A stretch of 25,013 nt of DNA from positions 1-25,013 of the IMG/VR virus record IMGVR_UViG_3300027838_000037. One strand, 5' to 3'. Positions 6,870 through 14,697 of this stretch are shown here, one piece after another; positions within the stretch are counted from its first letter, which is position 1; each line of letters opens with the position of its first letter. Both the position numbers and the translations under genes were made by a program. The notes under the pieces are model-generated. The model was not told where the DNA came from, did not search any database, and saw only the letters and a list, made by a program, of their open reading frames with translations. The stretch is from a virus (taxonomy: Duplodnaviria; Caudoviricetes).

Positions 6870-7568
6870 TTAGGCAGCAAGTTCCGCCAAGTTTAAATTT
6901 TGATAGAAATTGTCCATCATAATCTCAAGACGTTCAGCATAATCTGCTGATTTCTCTTTATATGTTTGAACTTCTCCATCCTCTGCTACCATAATTATAA
7001 CAACATTAGGCACAGAGATTCCTGTATGCTCTTCAAACATAAAAGCATACGCCGAACACTGTAAAAAATAATCATCAATCCACTCACGTTTTTTAGGTGT
7101 AGTAGTTGTTTTAAAATCAATTACAGCTAACCCATCATTATCATATTCTGCAATCAAATCAGTTCTACCTGCAACCTTATATTTGTTAGAAAACATATTA
7201 GTTTCTTGCAAAATTATTCTATTAATGGACTCATCCAAATAATCTCGTACTTCACCAAACATACACCATGACAAAAAATTCTTACCTTTATGTTCGGAGA
7301 TGTCTTGATTGTTTAGATAATCTTCACAGATATTGTGAAAAGCTGTCCCTCGACGAGCAGCCTTACCTGAAATTATACCTGCCGCTTCATGACCTATTCT
7401 GTCACGCCATGCTTGTAAACCTTTTTGTTTTCCAGGTTGTTTCCCGAGTACAGTAGTTATACTTGGGTACTTATTACCATTCGGTGCCTCGTAAAAACGA
7501 AGCCCGTTGACATTAGTTACCGGTAGTTCCGGAAACTGCTTTAAATTACTTTCATGTTTAAATATCAT
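6870..7568 (-). CDS. PD-(D/E)XK exonuclease (phoH-associated T4-like exonuclease)
   Basis: YPSITTVL, RGTAFH, AGRTDLI, IDFKT, YFLQ..AY motifs. Confidence 0.9.
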   Translation of the reverse strand: MIFKHESNLKQFPELPVTNVNGLRFYEAPNGNKYPSITTVLGKQPGKQKGLQAWRDRIGHEAAGIISGKAARRGTAFHNICEDYLNNQDISEHKGKNFLSWCMFGEVRDYLDESINRIILQETNMFSNKYKVAGRTDLIAEYDNDGLAVIDFKTTTTPKKREWIDDYFLQCSAYAFMFEEHTGISVPNVVIIMVAEDGEVQTYKEKSADYAERLEIMMDNFYQNLNLAELAA

Positions 7569-7574
7569 TATATA

Positions 7575-7603
7575 ATCCTATCACATTTTACTGCTTTTGT
7601 CAA
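7575..7603 (-). promoter_or_regulatory. Sigma70-type promoter, probably leaderless
   Basis: TTGACA (7603-7598), 17 nt, TAGGAT (7580-7575) with TGn extension. ATG lies 6 nt downstream. Confidence 0.7.
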
Positions 7604-8322
7604 GCGAAATCTTGTGTTTTAAATCCTAGATTTGCCTTTGCTATTAGGTAATTTCTTACCAACCCTGAGCGTATAATATCTCCAAACCCAAACTCAATAC
7701 ACTCAACTTCTTCCATGGTATTTAAAATTGCTTGAAACTTTGCAACCCCTTCACGATCACCATTATGTTTTTTTAAATCTGTTTGTCCTACATCACCTGC
7801 AAACATGATTTTACTTTCTTGTCCTATTCTAGTCATCAATGTATCCAATTCATGGAATAACATATTCTGAAATTCATCACAAATTATAATAGCTCTATCA
7901 AAAGTTTGTCCTCTTAAAAAAGATGTAGACATAAATTCCAATGTTCCTTGTGATAATAATTTATCATACAACTGTGCAAATTCAGTATCATTAGGCATTG
8001 AAAACATTAATCGAACTAATATACGATATGGGTCTTGGTACATATCTGATTTTTCTGCAATCGTTCCCGGTAAGAATCCTACATCCCGAGACGGCAATAG
8101 ACTTCTAATCAGAATAACCTTATCCCATTTTGAAGTTTTATCTAAAACTTCACTTAGCGCCAAAAACAATAACATAAAAGTTTTACCAGAACCAGCTACC
8201 CCAGAAGCAAAAACATTTTTACCTGCGGCATAAGATTTAAAGAGCTTCTTTTGATTATCTGTTAATGGCTCGACTTTTAATAAATTATTAGCTTGTATAT
8301 ACATCTTTCTGTGTTTGCTCAA
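7600..8322 (-). CDS. phoH: PhoH-like ATPase
   Basis: Walker A GVAGSGKT, GFLPG, FLRGQTFD, IICDEFQN, GD..QTD, DIIRSGLV. Start placed at TTG 8322 from SD AGGAGG spacing (the track uses 8328). Confidence 0.95.
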   Translation of the reverse strand: MSKHRKMYIQANNLLKVEPLTDNQKKLFKSYAAGKNVFASGVAGSGKTFMLLFLALSEVLDKTSKWDKVILIRSLLPSRDVGFLPGTIAEKSDMYQDPYRILVRLMFSMPNDTEFAQLYDKLLSQGTLEFMSTSFLRGQTFDRAIIICDEFQNMLFHELDTLMTRIGQESKIMFAGDVGQTDLKKHNGDREGVAKFQAILNTMEEVECIEFGFGDIIRSGLVRNYLIAKANLGFKTQDFA

Positions 8323-8352
8323 TAGCAATCCTCCTATAGTATAGTATAAGAG

Positions 8353-8360
8353 TATTTATT
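8353..8360 (-). promoter_or_regulatory. T4-like late promoter motif AATAAATA upstream of phoH
   Basis: NATAAATA at the intergenic junction, followed by a strong SD. Confidence 0.55.
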
Positions 8361-8587
8361 TAAATTTCTATTGTTGACCCTGGATGATTCTTCTTAATAT
8401 TTCTTAATCTATCTTTAAATCCTTCATCGGTATGACTTATAACATCACCCGTATGTCGTATAAGATTATTCCTAGGGGCACCTATTTGAGTGCGCCAACC
8501 CTGTTCTTTTTTCTCTTCCATCTCTGCAATAGAACATAACAATTCATGCTCTACTCCATCTGGATCTTTCATAGTGTAACTTGGCAT
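8360..8587 (-). CDS. Conserved T4-like small protein (FmdB-like MPxY N-terminus)
   Basis: MPSYT start and a GFKDRL..IKKNHPGS C-terminus resembling marine myovirus genes found upstream of phoH. Confidence 0.75.
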   Translation of the reverse strand: MPSYTMKDPDGVEHELLCSIAEMEEKKEQGWRTQIGAPRNNLIRHTGDVISHTDEGFKDRLRNIKKNHPGSTIEI

Positions 8588-8898
8588 TATTCTTTTCCCT
8601 CAATAGGTCTAAAATCACTCTGTTGTGAATATCGTCCTTTGTCTTGGGGATCAAATGTTTCGACCCCAACATGTTCAATACCCAAATGGTGTATGAAAAT
8701 AATCAACTGACGTTCTTCTAACTCCATTGAATATAGTTGTCTGGCTGTGATGTGTGACCAACTCTTGAGCGATGTAAAATAATCTTTATAATCTACATCT
8801 TCATCTCCATCTTCAAACCACACTCGTTTAGGACATTTCTCTGCCATGTTCGCAGCTATTGTGCGAACCTGCCAGTCTCCCCAGCTACCTTCAGTCAT
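8587..8898 (-). CDS. Hypothetical protein
   Basis: 103 aa, SD AAGGA, TAATG coupling to the next gene. Confidence 0.75.
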   Translation of the reverse strand: MTEGSWGDWQVRTIAANMAEKCPKRVWFEDGDEDVDYKDYFTSLKSWSHITARQLYSMELEERQLIIFIHHLGIEHVGVETFDPQDKGRYSQQSDFRPIEGKE

Positions 8899-8909
8899 AT
8901 TATATTTCC

Positions 8910-9155
8910 TTAACTATCGTAACCGAATCTAATAGGATACTCTATATCTTCACAAGAAATTTTTGTTATCACTGGAAAATATTTTGTTCCATTATTTTCT
9001 ATAATGTTTCTAACAGATTCTTCATCACCATCAGTTACAACAATATGAATTAAATCATCTCCATGATAAACTTTATATTTGTATGCTGGTCCTACAGGAA
9101 GTCCTTCTTTCAACCATCGTCTAGGACCACCGGATAAGGACACTGATATGTCCAT
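8910..9155 (-). CDS. Hypothetical protein
   Basis: Probable start MDISV at 9155, right after the upstream stop (the track starts at 9203). Confidence 0.65.
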   Translation of the reverse strand: MDISVSLSGGPRRWLKEGLPVGPAYKYKVYHGDDLIHIVVTDGDEESVRNIIENNGTKYFPVITKISCEDIEYPIRFGYDS

Positions 9156-9156
9156 A

Positions 9157-9669
9157 TTATCGACCAGATGTTCCACCGCCAGCCATTCTAGGAACGCCGG
9201 CACTCATAAAATCATCATCCCAACCAAATGCAGCTTTAACAGTAGAAGCATTTAATCCTTTATACTTTTTGTTTAAACTTTTATCCTTCACTGCAATAAC
9301 AATCTCAGCTTCACTAACATGAAGACCTTCAAGTAATTGAATAAACAATTGCTCCCTTCTCATTGCATTAAGATTTGGATTACCTTCATGGGTCTCACCA
9401 TTTACTGTAAGAGACACAAAATTCTTAAACGTCCTAGCTTCATTATCTAATCGAGTATGTTCTGTTCCTTCAGGTGCTTCATTAGGTATATATGGTACAG
9501 CTCCGACCGGAAGCATCCATTTAATTTGTGGATCAAATGCGGCCTTCAATACTTTTCTTAACCCAGGGGAATTGTATCGTTGCAATACTTTAATCTTCTT
9601 GGGCTTATCCTTTGCATTATTAACCTTTGTAAATATCTCATGTAGCAAAGGTGTATAAGTTTCATCCAT
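9157..9669 (-). CDS. Conserved T4-like marine myovirus hypothetical protein
   Basis: LL.EIF.KV..AK...KI..L, LP.G.VPY, RREQLFIQLLEGLH..EAE..KDK.L pattern; adjacent to rnh. Confidence 0.85.
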   Translation of the reverse strand: MDETYTPLLHEIFTKVNNAKDKPKKIKVLQRYNSPGLRKVLKAAFDPQIKWMLPVGAVPYIPNEAPEGTEHTRLDNEARTFKNFVSLTVNGETHEGNPNLNAMRREQLFIQLLEGLHVSEAEIVIAVKDKSLNKKYKGLNASTVKAAFGWDDDFMSAGVPRMAGGGTSGR

Positions 9670-9671
9670 TA

Positions 9672-10601
9672 TTAAAAATCTCCTATATTTTGAATTAAAT
9701 CAGTTAATCCATTCTTTATAAAATAATCAAATAGCTTCGATCTATTTGCTTTATATTTTCCATTCTTATCGTTAAGACCAGTAGCATATCCATCATTGTT
9801 ACGAACAAATGCTAGCGAGATTTCTTTTACCAATTTCTCTGGAATAGAATCTAAATTTACCAACATATTATTTCTTTGCCAATTACGAATCCACGTATCC
9901 TTTGAACAAGATTTCAACAAATTGTGTAACATCAAAGGATCTTTACCTTCTCCGATTAAATCTATAACTTCAGTAATAACAGTTTTTCGTATTGTTTTCT
10001 GACGAATTCCTTCCACTAAAGAATCATCCGGAGATAACACATTGGGAACACCATCACTACGATCACCTTTAATAATATGCTCATAAAGATACGCTACAGG
10101 GTCCTTATGTTTTATAAACTTTTTTGTAACTGGACTAAATTGATATGTATCCTGAATGCTATGCAATTGGATAAAATCTTTATCTGAACTTAAAATTAAA
10201 TCTTTACTAGATGTTGTAGGCTTATTTTTTATTATCACCGCAATGATATCATCGGCCTCTGCACCATAAACTTCTAGAACCATATATGGAAAAATATCTA
10301 TAAGTTCTTGCTTAATGCGATTAAGAAACTCAAATATATTTCCCCAATCTAAATCAGAACTTGCTCTATCTTTTTTACGATTGGCTTTGTAATTCGGAAA
10401 TACATCTTTACGCCAATAGTGTCTACTATCACAACAAAGAATAAATTCACCATACTCCTCACGAAACTTTTTTCTATAAAAGCGGAGAGTATTTAAAATC
10501 ATATGTCTAACTAAGGTTTCGTTAACCTTTTTGTCAGGATCTTTGGTCACTTGTACCATCAACCCACCAATCATAATTTGATTCAAATCTACTAAAATCA
10601 T
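9672..10601 (-). CDS. rnh: T4-like RNase H (5'-3' exonuclease)
   Basis: ILVDLNQI, RHMILN, WRK..FP.YKANR, EADDII, SSDKDF.QL, GDRSDGVPN. Confidence 0.95.
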   Translation of the reverse strand: MILVDLNQIMIGGLMVQVTKDPDKKVNETLVRHMILNTLRFYRKKFREEYGEFILCCDSRHYWRKDVFPNYKANRKKDRASSDLDWGNIFEFLNRIKQELIDIFPYMVLEVYGAEADDIIAVIIKNKPTTSSKDLILSSDKDFIQLHSIQDTYQFSPVTKKFIKHKDPVAYLYEHIIKGDRSDGVPNVLSPDDSLVEGIRQKTIRKTVITEVIDLIGEGKDPLMLHNLLKSCSKDTWIRNWQRNNMLVNLDSIPEKLVKEISLAFVRNNDGYATGLNDKNGKYKANRSKLFDYFIKNGLTDLIQNIGDF

Positions 10602-10620
10602 AAAATCACTACCTCAATAC

Positions 10621-10628
10621 TATTTATA
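10621..10628 (-). promoter_or_regulatory. T4 late promoter TATAAATA upstream of rnh
   Basis: Exact consensus in the intergenic gap, followed by SD GAGGT. Confidence 0.7.
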
Positions 10629-10630
10629 AA

Positions 10631-11071
10631 CTATCCTACAGCCGGTGTTGTCAACGATGCTTTGCTAGGCCATGGACTTCCTTCTTGCCAAGTTCCTATA
10701 TCAAGCGTATTTAAATCTCGTTCCCTATCAAGGTATTTCCATCCTATCTTTACCGGATCAAATTCTTTCATCGCATTAAAAACTTTAATTGGAGTAAATG
10801 GTCCACAAGTATACACATCTAATTGTATCAAAGGTGGGTCATGTTCTTCCCAAACGTGTAACGCTATATGGCTTGTTTCTATTATAGCTACAATAGTAAT
10901 TCCTTTATTTCCTTTAAGGGGTACGTATCTACAATATGGACCTGCCAATAATTTCATATCAATAGTTTTAATCAACTTACGCATCCAATCTGAAATACGT
11001 TGTTTATCTTTTTCTACTGGAGGTTGTTCTACTTCAGCTCTAATAATTAAATGTTTATGTTCCGGTTTCAT
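10631..11071 (-). CDS. speD: S-adenosylmethionine decarboxylase proenzyme
   Basis: HLII, GIT..IIETSHIALHVW (self-cleavage Ser), QLDVYTCG. Confidence 0.88.
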   Translation of the reverse strand: MKPEHKHLIIRAEVEQPPVEKDKQRISDWMRKLIKTIDMKLLAGPYCRYVPLKGNKGITIVAIIETSHIALHVWEEHDPPLIQLDVYTCGPFTPIKVFNAMKEFDPVKIGWKYLDRERDLNTLDIGTWQEGSPWPSKASLTTPAVG

Positions 11072-11445
11072 ACCTTTATATAGCCTTCATCATCATAAGC
11101 GTAAGCGATAGTTTTCCATTTCGTTTTATGTTCTTGATCTTTTCCATAAAATAAATCCAACCACACTCCTGTATCAAAATATCTTATCATGTTTGTTAAA
11201 AATACTTCTCTATTATGCAACTCACGAATTAAAATATTTTGGTCCTTTCCTTTAGTCATTCTACGAATGCTATATTTTAAATCTTTCACACGTTCCTTAT
11301 TATGTTTTTCCCATTCCTTTACATTCTTTAAACTTAATGTTGCAACGTCTGGAAGATTTTTTACATCTTCATGTATGTTTTTATAAGATGGTGGTTTCTT
11401 GCCCGCACGGACCTTCGCCATCTTATCTAATTTTTCTTCTCCCAT
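11068..11445 (-). CDS. Hypothetical basic protein
   Basis: 125-aa ORF overlapping both neighbours; C-terminal GVWLDLFYG. Confidence 0.8.
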   Translation of the reverse strand: MGEEKLDKMAKVRAGKKPPSYKNIHEDVKNLPDVATLSLKNVKEWEKHNKERVKDLKYSIRRMTKGKDQNILIRELHNREVFLTNMIRYFDTGVWLDLFYGKDQEHKTKWKTIAYAYDDEGYIKV

Positions 11446-11708
11446 TTCGGTATACCTGTATAAGTAATTACTTCTTTATTTATCAAGTGTTCTACTAAAT
11501 CATAGTAACCACCAATTCTATCTCCATCAATTACCACTTGGGGATACCGTCTTATCTTTTCTCCTAAAGTTTCTGAAATTTCTATCATATCGTCAGACTT
11601 AAAAGTTTTATGTATGCAGGTCAAATTACACTGTTTCAATAGGTCTAAAACTTTTAATGTAGATTGTTTATATCTACTTTCGTGTAAATATACTACAATG
11701 TTCATCAC
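11427..11708 (-). CDS. Glutaredoxin-fold protein lacking the CxxC active site
   Basis: C-terminal YPQVVIDGDRIGGYYDL glutaredoxin signature; no CPYC after the first strand. Confidence 0.7.
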   Translation of the reverse strand: MMNIVVYLHESRYKQSTLKVLDLLKQCNLTCIHKTFKSDDMIEISETLGEKIRRYPQVVIDGDRIGGYYDLVEHLINKEVITYTGIPKWEKKN

Positions 11709-11711
11709 ATA

Positions 11712-11927
11712 TTACCTTATCCTTTTTCGTAAGTCTCCATCATCTCGCCGGCGCTGTTCGTTTTTAACCGCCACTTCTCTAGCTCGCCGTTTCTTCATAC
11801 TAGGTTTAACAAAATGTTCTCTAGCCCTAACTTCATTAACTACATCACTGCGTTCACAAGATTTTTTGAATCTCCTCATCATAGACTCAAAACTTTCCTT
11901 ACGATGTTTTTTATTTACCATTGTCAT
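11712..11927 (-). CDS. rpsU: Phage-encoded 30S ribosomal protein bS21
   Basis: ESFESMMRRFKK....VVNEVRAREHFVKPS.KKRR signature; 71 aa and very basic. Confidence 0.92.
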   Translation of the reverse strand: MTMVNKKHRKESFESMMRRFKKSCERSDVVNEVRAREHFVKPSMKKRRAREVAVKNEQRRRDDGDLRKRIR

Positions 11928-12112
11928 AATGTTTTCATTCTCTTTTGTTGTGCTGTAATATCAAACCATCCAAAATTAACATACTGGGTAAACGCTGAAC
12001 AGTATGTGCTGTTTGCTTTACAGTATCTAAATTTAGAGCACCGATTTTCACAAGGACAACCATGTATCACATTCAACTCTTTACCTCTATACTTCCTACG
12101 TACTATCTTCAA
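11924..12112 (-). CDS. Small Cys-rich hypothetical protein
   Basis: 62 aa with CPC...C.....C......C, TTG start with purine-rich SD, ATGA overlap with rpsU. Confidence 0.65.
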   Translation of the reverse strand: MKIVRRKYRGKELNVIHGCPCENRCSKFRYCKANSTYCSAFTQYVNFGWFDITAQQKRMKTL

Positions 12113-12152
12113 ACACCTTCTCCTTCAAATAAAAATTCGTTTCATATATATA

Positions 12153-12181
12153 AGTATACTCTAGTTTTTAAGCTATGTCAA
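12153..12181 (-). promoter_or_regulatory. Sigma70-type promoter
   Basis: TTGACA (12181-12176), 17 nt, TATACT (12158-12153). Confidence 0.8.
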
Positions 12182-12190
12182 GCATTATTT

Positions 12191-12562
12191 TCAAAGATCG
12201 TCAAGCCCTGCAACGCTCCAATTTACTTTATTCCAATCACCATTTCTAGCTACTGGAATTGCATGACATTTCGTTCCTTGATGTGGACTAATATCATTGA
12301 TAAGAATTCTACCGCTATCTGCATGACCCATTAATAGAGTATCAAATGGTATACCCAATCTACGGAGCTCTGATTCTGTTCTTTCTCTTACGGACTCTCG
12401 TCTACCTGTCATCAAAACTATCTTATGACCTTGAGTTTCCCACAATCTCATTCTCTCTAATACACCAGGCAACAACTCATGGTCTTGTTCCATTATAGCC
12501 TTATGACCACCACCCATATATTTTGTTAAAGTCCCATCAATATCACATATAATAGTTTTCAA
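12191..12562 (-). CDS. Capless HAD-family phosphatase
   Basis: IICDIDGTL (motif I), LMTGR (motif II), ILIND. TTG start. Confidence 0.85.
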   Translation of the reverse strand: MKTIICDIDGTLTKYMGGGHKAIMEQDHELLPGVLERMRLWETQGHKIVLMTGRRESVRERTESELRRLGIPFDTLLMGHADSGRILINDISPHQGTKCHAIPVARNGDWNKVNWSVAGLDDL

Positions 12563-12568
12563 TTTATT

Positions 12569-13468
12569 TTAACCTGCAAACATTATTGCCTCAGCTTCTC
12601 GTCTACGAACTAAACCGTCCAAAACCTCTCCACCGGCCTTATTCCAACGTCGGATTTCATCAGGAACCTCATTATATAATCCCTGGTTTAACTTCTCCAA
12701 TAAAGTTGACTCTGCAAGATTTCCAGACCCCAAATTAAATGTCCACGATACTAATGCATCAAATTGATTTTGTGTCAATGGTACTGTAACCATAGTGTCA
12801 ATATACTTTTCAGCTTCTGCCAAATCTTCAGCCAATAATCTATCCGCTGTATTCTTAATAATCAATCGTCCTTCATATGCTGTTTTAGTATGTCCATATC
12901 CTATAGTCCATACACCAACCGAATCTTGATAAGCAACTAATCGTCTACTCTCAAATTCTTTAATTAACTCAATTCCATTCTCACTTGTTTCCACATCCTC
13001 ATCCTCATTGTAATCCTTTGGCATTAACTCAGCCGGTGACATATCATACCAAATCCATTTATTTTGTTTAGTTGCATTTACATCCATCTCTCTTTTTAAT
13101 TTTCCATAAACTATAACATTCCGTCCTTTCGCCCGCTTATTCCCTTTCAACTTTTCTTCTAAATCTTCATTCCACGGTAATACATATAATCTAGGCTCTT
13201 TTACCCCAGGCTCCATAAGTAACAAAAATATAGTATCAGTATCTTTATCAGTTACATGATGAACATACTTTATAATTTCTGGGGGATCTTCTTTTGTTGC
13301 ATATCCTAGTATACCATTATATGTATAATATAATAGTAACACGGTAGACATGACTACTGGTATATACATTGCCTTAAATAAATAATGTTTGGGTATTGAT
13401 ATTATTGCCCATAGTGCTGTTCCAGTAATTAATAGTATACTTAAATACAAATAAAATATCATATCCAT
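12569..13468 (-). CDS. Membrane-anchored protein fused to a C-terminal GH24 (T4-type) lysozyme
   Basis: Two N-terminal TM segments and a GYA..EPRLY.LPW domain, then TSENGIELIKEFE..AYQDSVGVWTIGYGHT (E-x8-D-x5-T triad), LTQNQFDALVS..FN.G and GL.RRR.AE. Confidence 0.9.
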   Translation of the reverse strand: MDMIFYLYLSILLITGTALWAIISIPKHYLFKAMYIPVVMSTVLLLYYTYNGILGYATKEDPPEIIKYVHHVTDKDTDTIFLLLMEPGVKEPRLYVLPWNEDLEEKLKGNKRAKGRNVIVYGKLKREMDVNATKQNKWIWYDMSPAELMPKDYNEDEDVETSENGIELIKEFESRRLVAYQDSVGVWTIGYGHTKTAYEGRLIIKNTADRLLAEDLAEAEKYIDTMVTVPLTQNQFDALVSWTFNLGSGNLAESTLLEKLNQGLYNEVPDEIRRWNKAGGEVLDGLVRRREAEAIMFAG

Positions 13469-13471
13469 TTG

Positions 13472-14167
13472 TTACCACCCGTCTCCCCAACGACTGAATG
13501 CTCGTTCTGCTGAAGTATCATCTCCCGGTACATATTTTAATAAAGATACAAAAGGAAGACCTTCGGTCTTTATATCCATAACCTCTCCGTCAGCATTTAA
13601 ACGAAAAGCAAATAATGTAAATTCTTGTCCTTGTCGTTCTAATACTTTATCTGCCATTACCTTTATTCTATACGGATTTACTTGTATCAATTCTACTCTT
13701 GCATTGGTTGGTATAAGTCGTACTATATTATCTTCTGGATCCATAGCTTTATCTTTTCTATACACATGAACATTAACTACATACCAACCTTCTAATGTTC
13801 CTCGTAATGCTGCAATCTCTCTATTTAATGTTATATATTTTACAGTACCATCAGGGAGCTGAACCTTATCATTTCTTGAACCTAAATCATCTCTATCTAA
13901 ATGCATAAATCCTACATCTTTAGACCTAAATGACATTACATGATCCAGCGGATCTTTTATCCATAAATCGATATCATCATGTGCTGTATTATCCCAAGTT
14001 AATATAAGAAGATAATCTGCTTTAGATTCTACATCATTTTTTTTAGATACTGGATTAATTAATATGAAAGCAATCAGAAAAAGAAACGCCACCCCTACTA
14101 TGATATTAAACAGTAGGTCGATAAATGCTGTTGAAGAGAAAAATCTGTTCCCTACGTGGAGTTTCAT
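13472..14167 (-). CDS. ExbD/MotB-like single-TM protein with a periplasmic YfaP/DUF2135-like domain
   Basis: N-terminal AFIDLLFNIIVGVAFLFLIA (Asp-bearing TM), then W....DIDLW..DP, LDRDD, N.E, G.Y.VNVH.Y. ATGA-coupled to the ExbB-like gene. Confidence 0.7.
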   Translation of the reverse strand: MKLHVGNRFFSSTAFIDLLFNIIVGVAFLFLIAFILINPVSKKNDVESKADYLLILTWDNTAHDDIDLWIKDPLDHVMSFRSKDVGFMHLDRDDLGSRNDKVQLPDGTVKYITLNREIAALRGTLEGWYVVNVHVYRKDKAMDPEDNIVRLIPTNARVELIQVNPYRIKVMADKVLERQGQEFTLFAFRLNADGEVMDIKTEGLPFVSLLKYVPGDDTSAERAFSRWGDGW

Positions 14168-14649
14168 GCCCGCTCTATAGCTCGTTCTACATTAACCAAT
14201 TGTATCTTAATCACTAACGAACTTAATAGTCCCATTAATGTAGTATAAAGAGCTGCCGACATACCTATGGACATTTTTGATAATGCATTTTGCATTGATT
14301 CTATATTACTAACATCAATATTTACAAATGATGATCCTAGCATAATAATAAATCCACACACTGTTCCTACCAAACCTAATACTAGGCAAGACTCCGCAAT
14401 GAACCATTGTATAGAAAGATCATTCAATAATCCTTCTTTCATTGGAGGTGTTACATTTAATTTAGATAGTTTATAAACTTTATGTCCAATCCAAATAGAA
14501 GTTATTACTAAAATTCCTAGAATTCCAAAACCAATTCTAGTTGGATCTTTTGCAAACAGATCGTGAAAAAATTGAAAATGATTAGCTATAGCTAACACTG
14601 TGCCTTGAACACAGAGAAAAAGCCACCATCTAAGTAGGAGTGCCTTCAT
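14164..14649 (-). CDS. MotA/TolQ/ExbB proton-channel family protein
   Basis: LGLVGTVCGFI and GMSAALYTTLMGL channel helices, plus N-terminal TM segments. Confidence 0.85.
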   Translation of the reverse strand: MKALLLRWWLFLCVQGTVLAIANHFQFFHDLFAKDPTRIGFGILGILVITSIWIGHKVYKLSKLNVTPPMKEGLLNDLSIQWFIAESCLVLGLVGTVCGFIIMLGSSFVNIDVSNIESMQNALSKMSIGMSAALYTTLMGLLSSLVIKIQLVNVERAIERA

Positions 14650-14668
14650 AAATTAAGTTCCTAATTGT

Positions 14669-14689
14669 TATTTATACTTAATATTTATA
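14669..14689 (-). promoter_or_regulatory. Tandem T4 late promoters (TATAAATA x2)
   Basis: Exact matches at 14669-14676 and 14682-14689 in the 48-nt gap upstream of the ExbB-like gene. Confidence 0.75.
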
Positions 14690-14697
14690 ATAGAAAC

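Noticed and set aside
11477-11484. GATAAATA 32 nt upstream of the gene starting at 11445
   Set aside because: It lies within coding sequence and is non-consensus at the first base, so it cannot be told from chance.
13472-14649. Zorya defence system or flagellar stator
   Set aside because: The A subunit lacks the long ZorA tail, the B subunit has no OmpA-like peptidoglycan-binding domain, and no zorC/D/E or flagellar genes are present.
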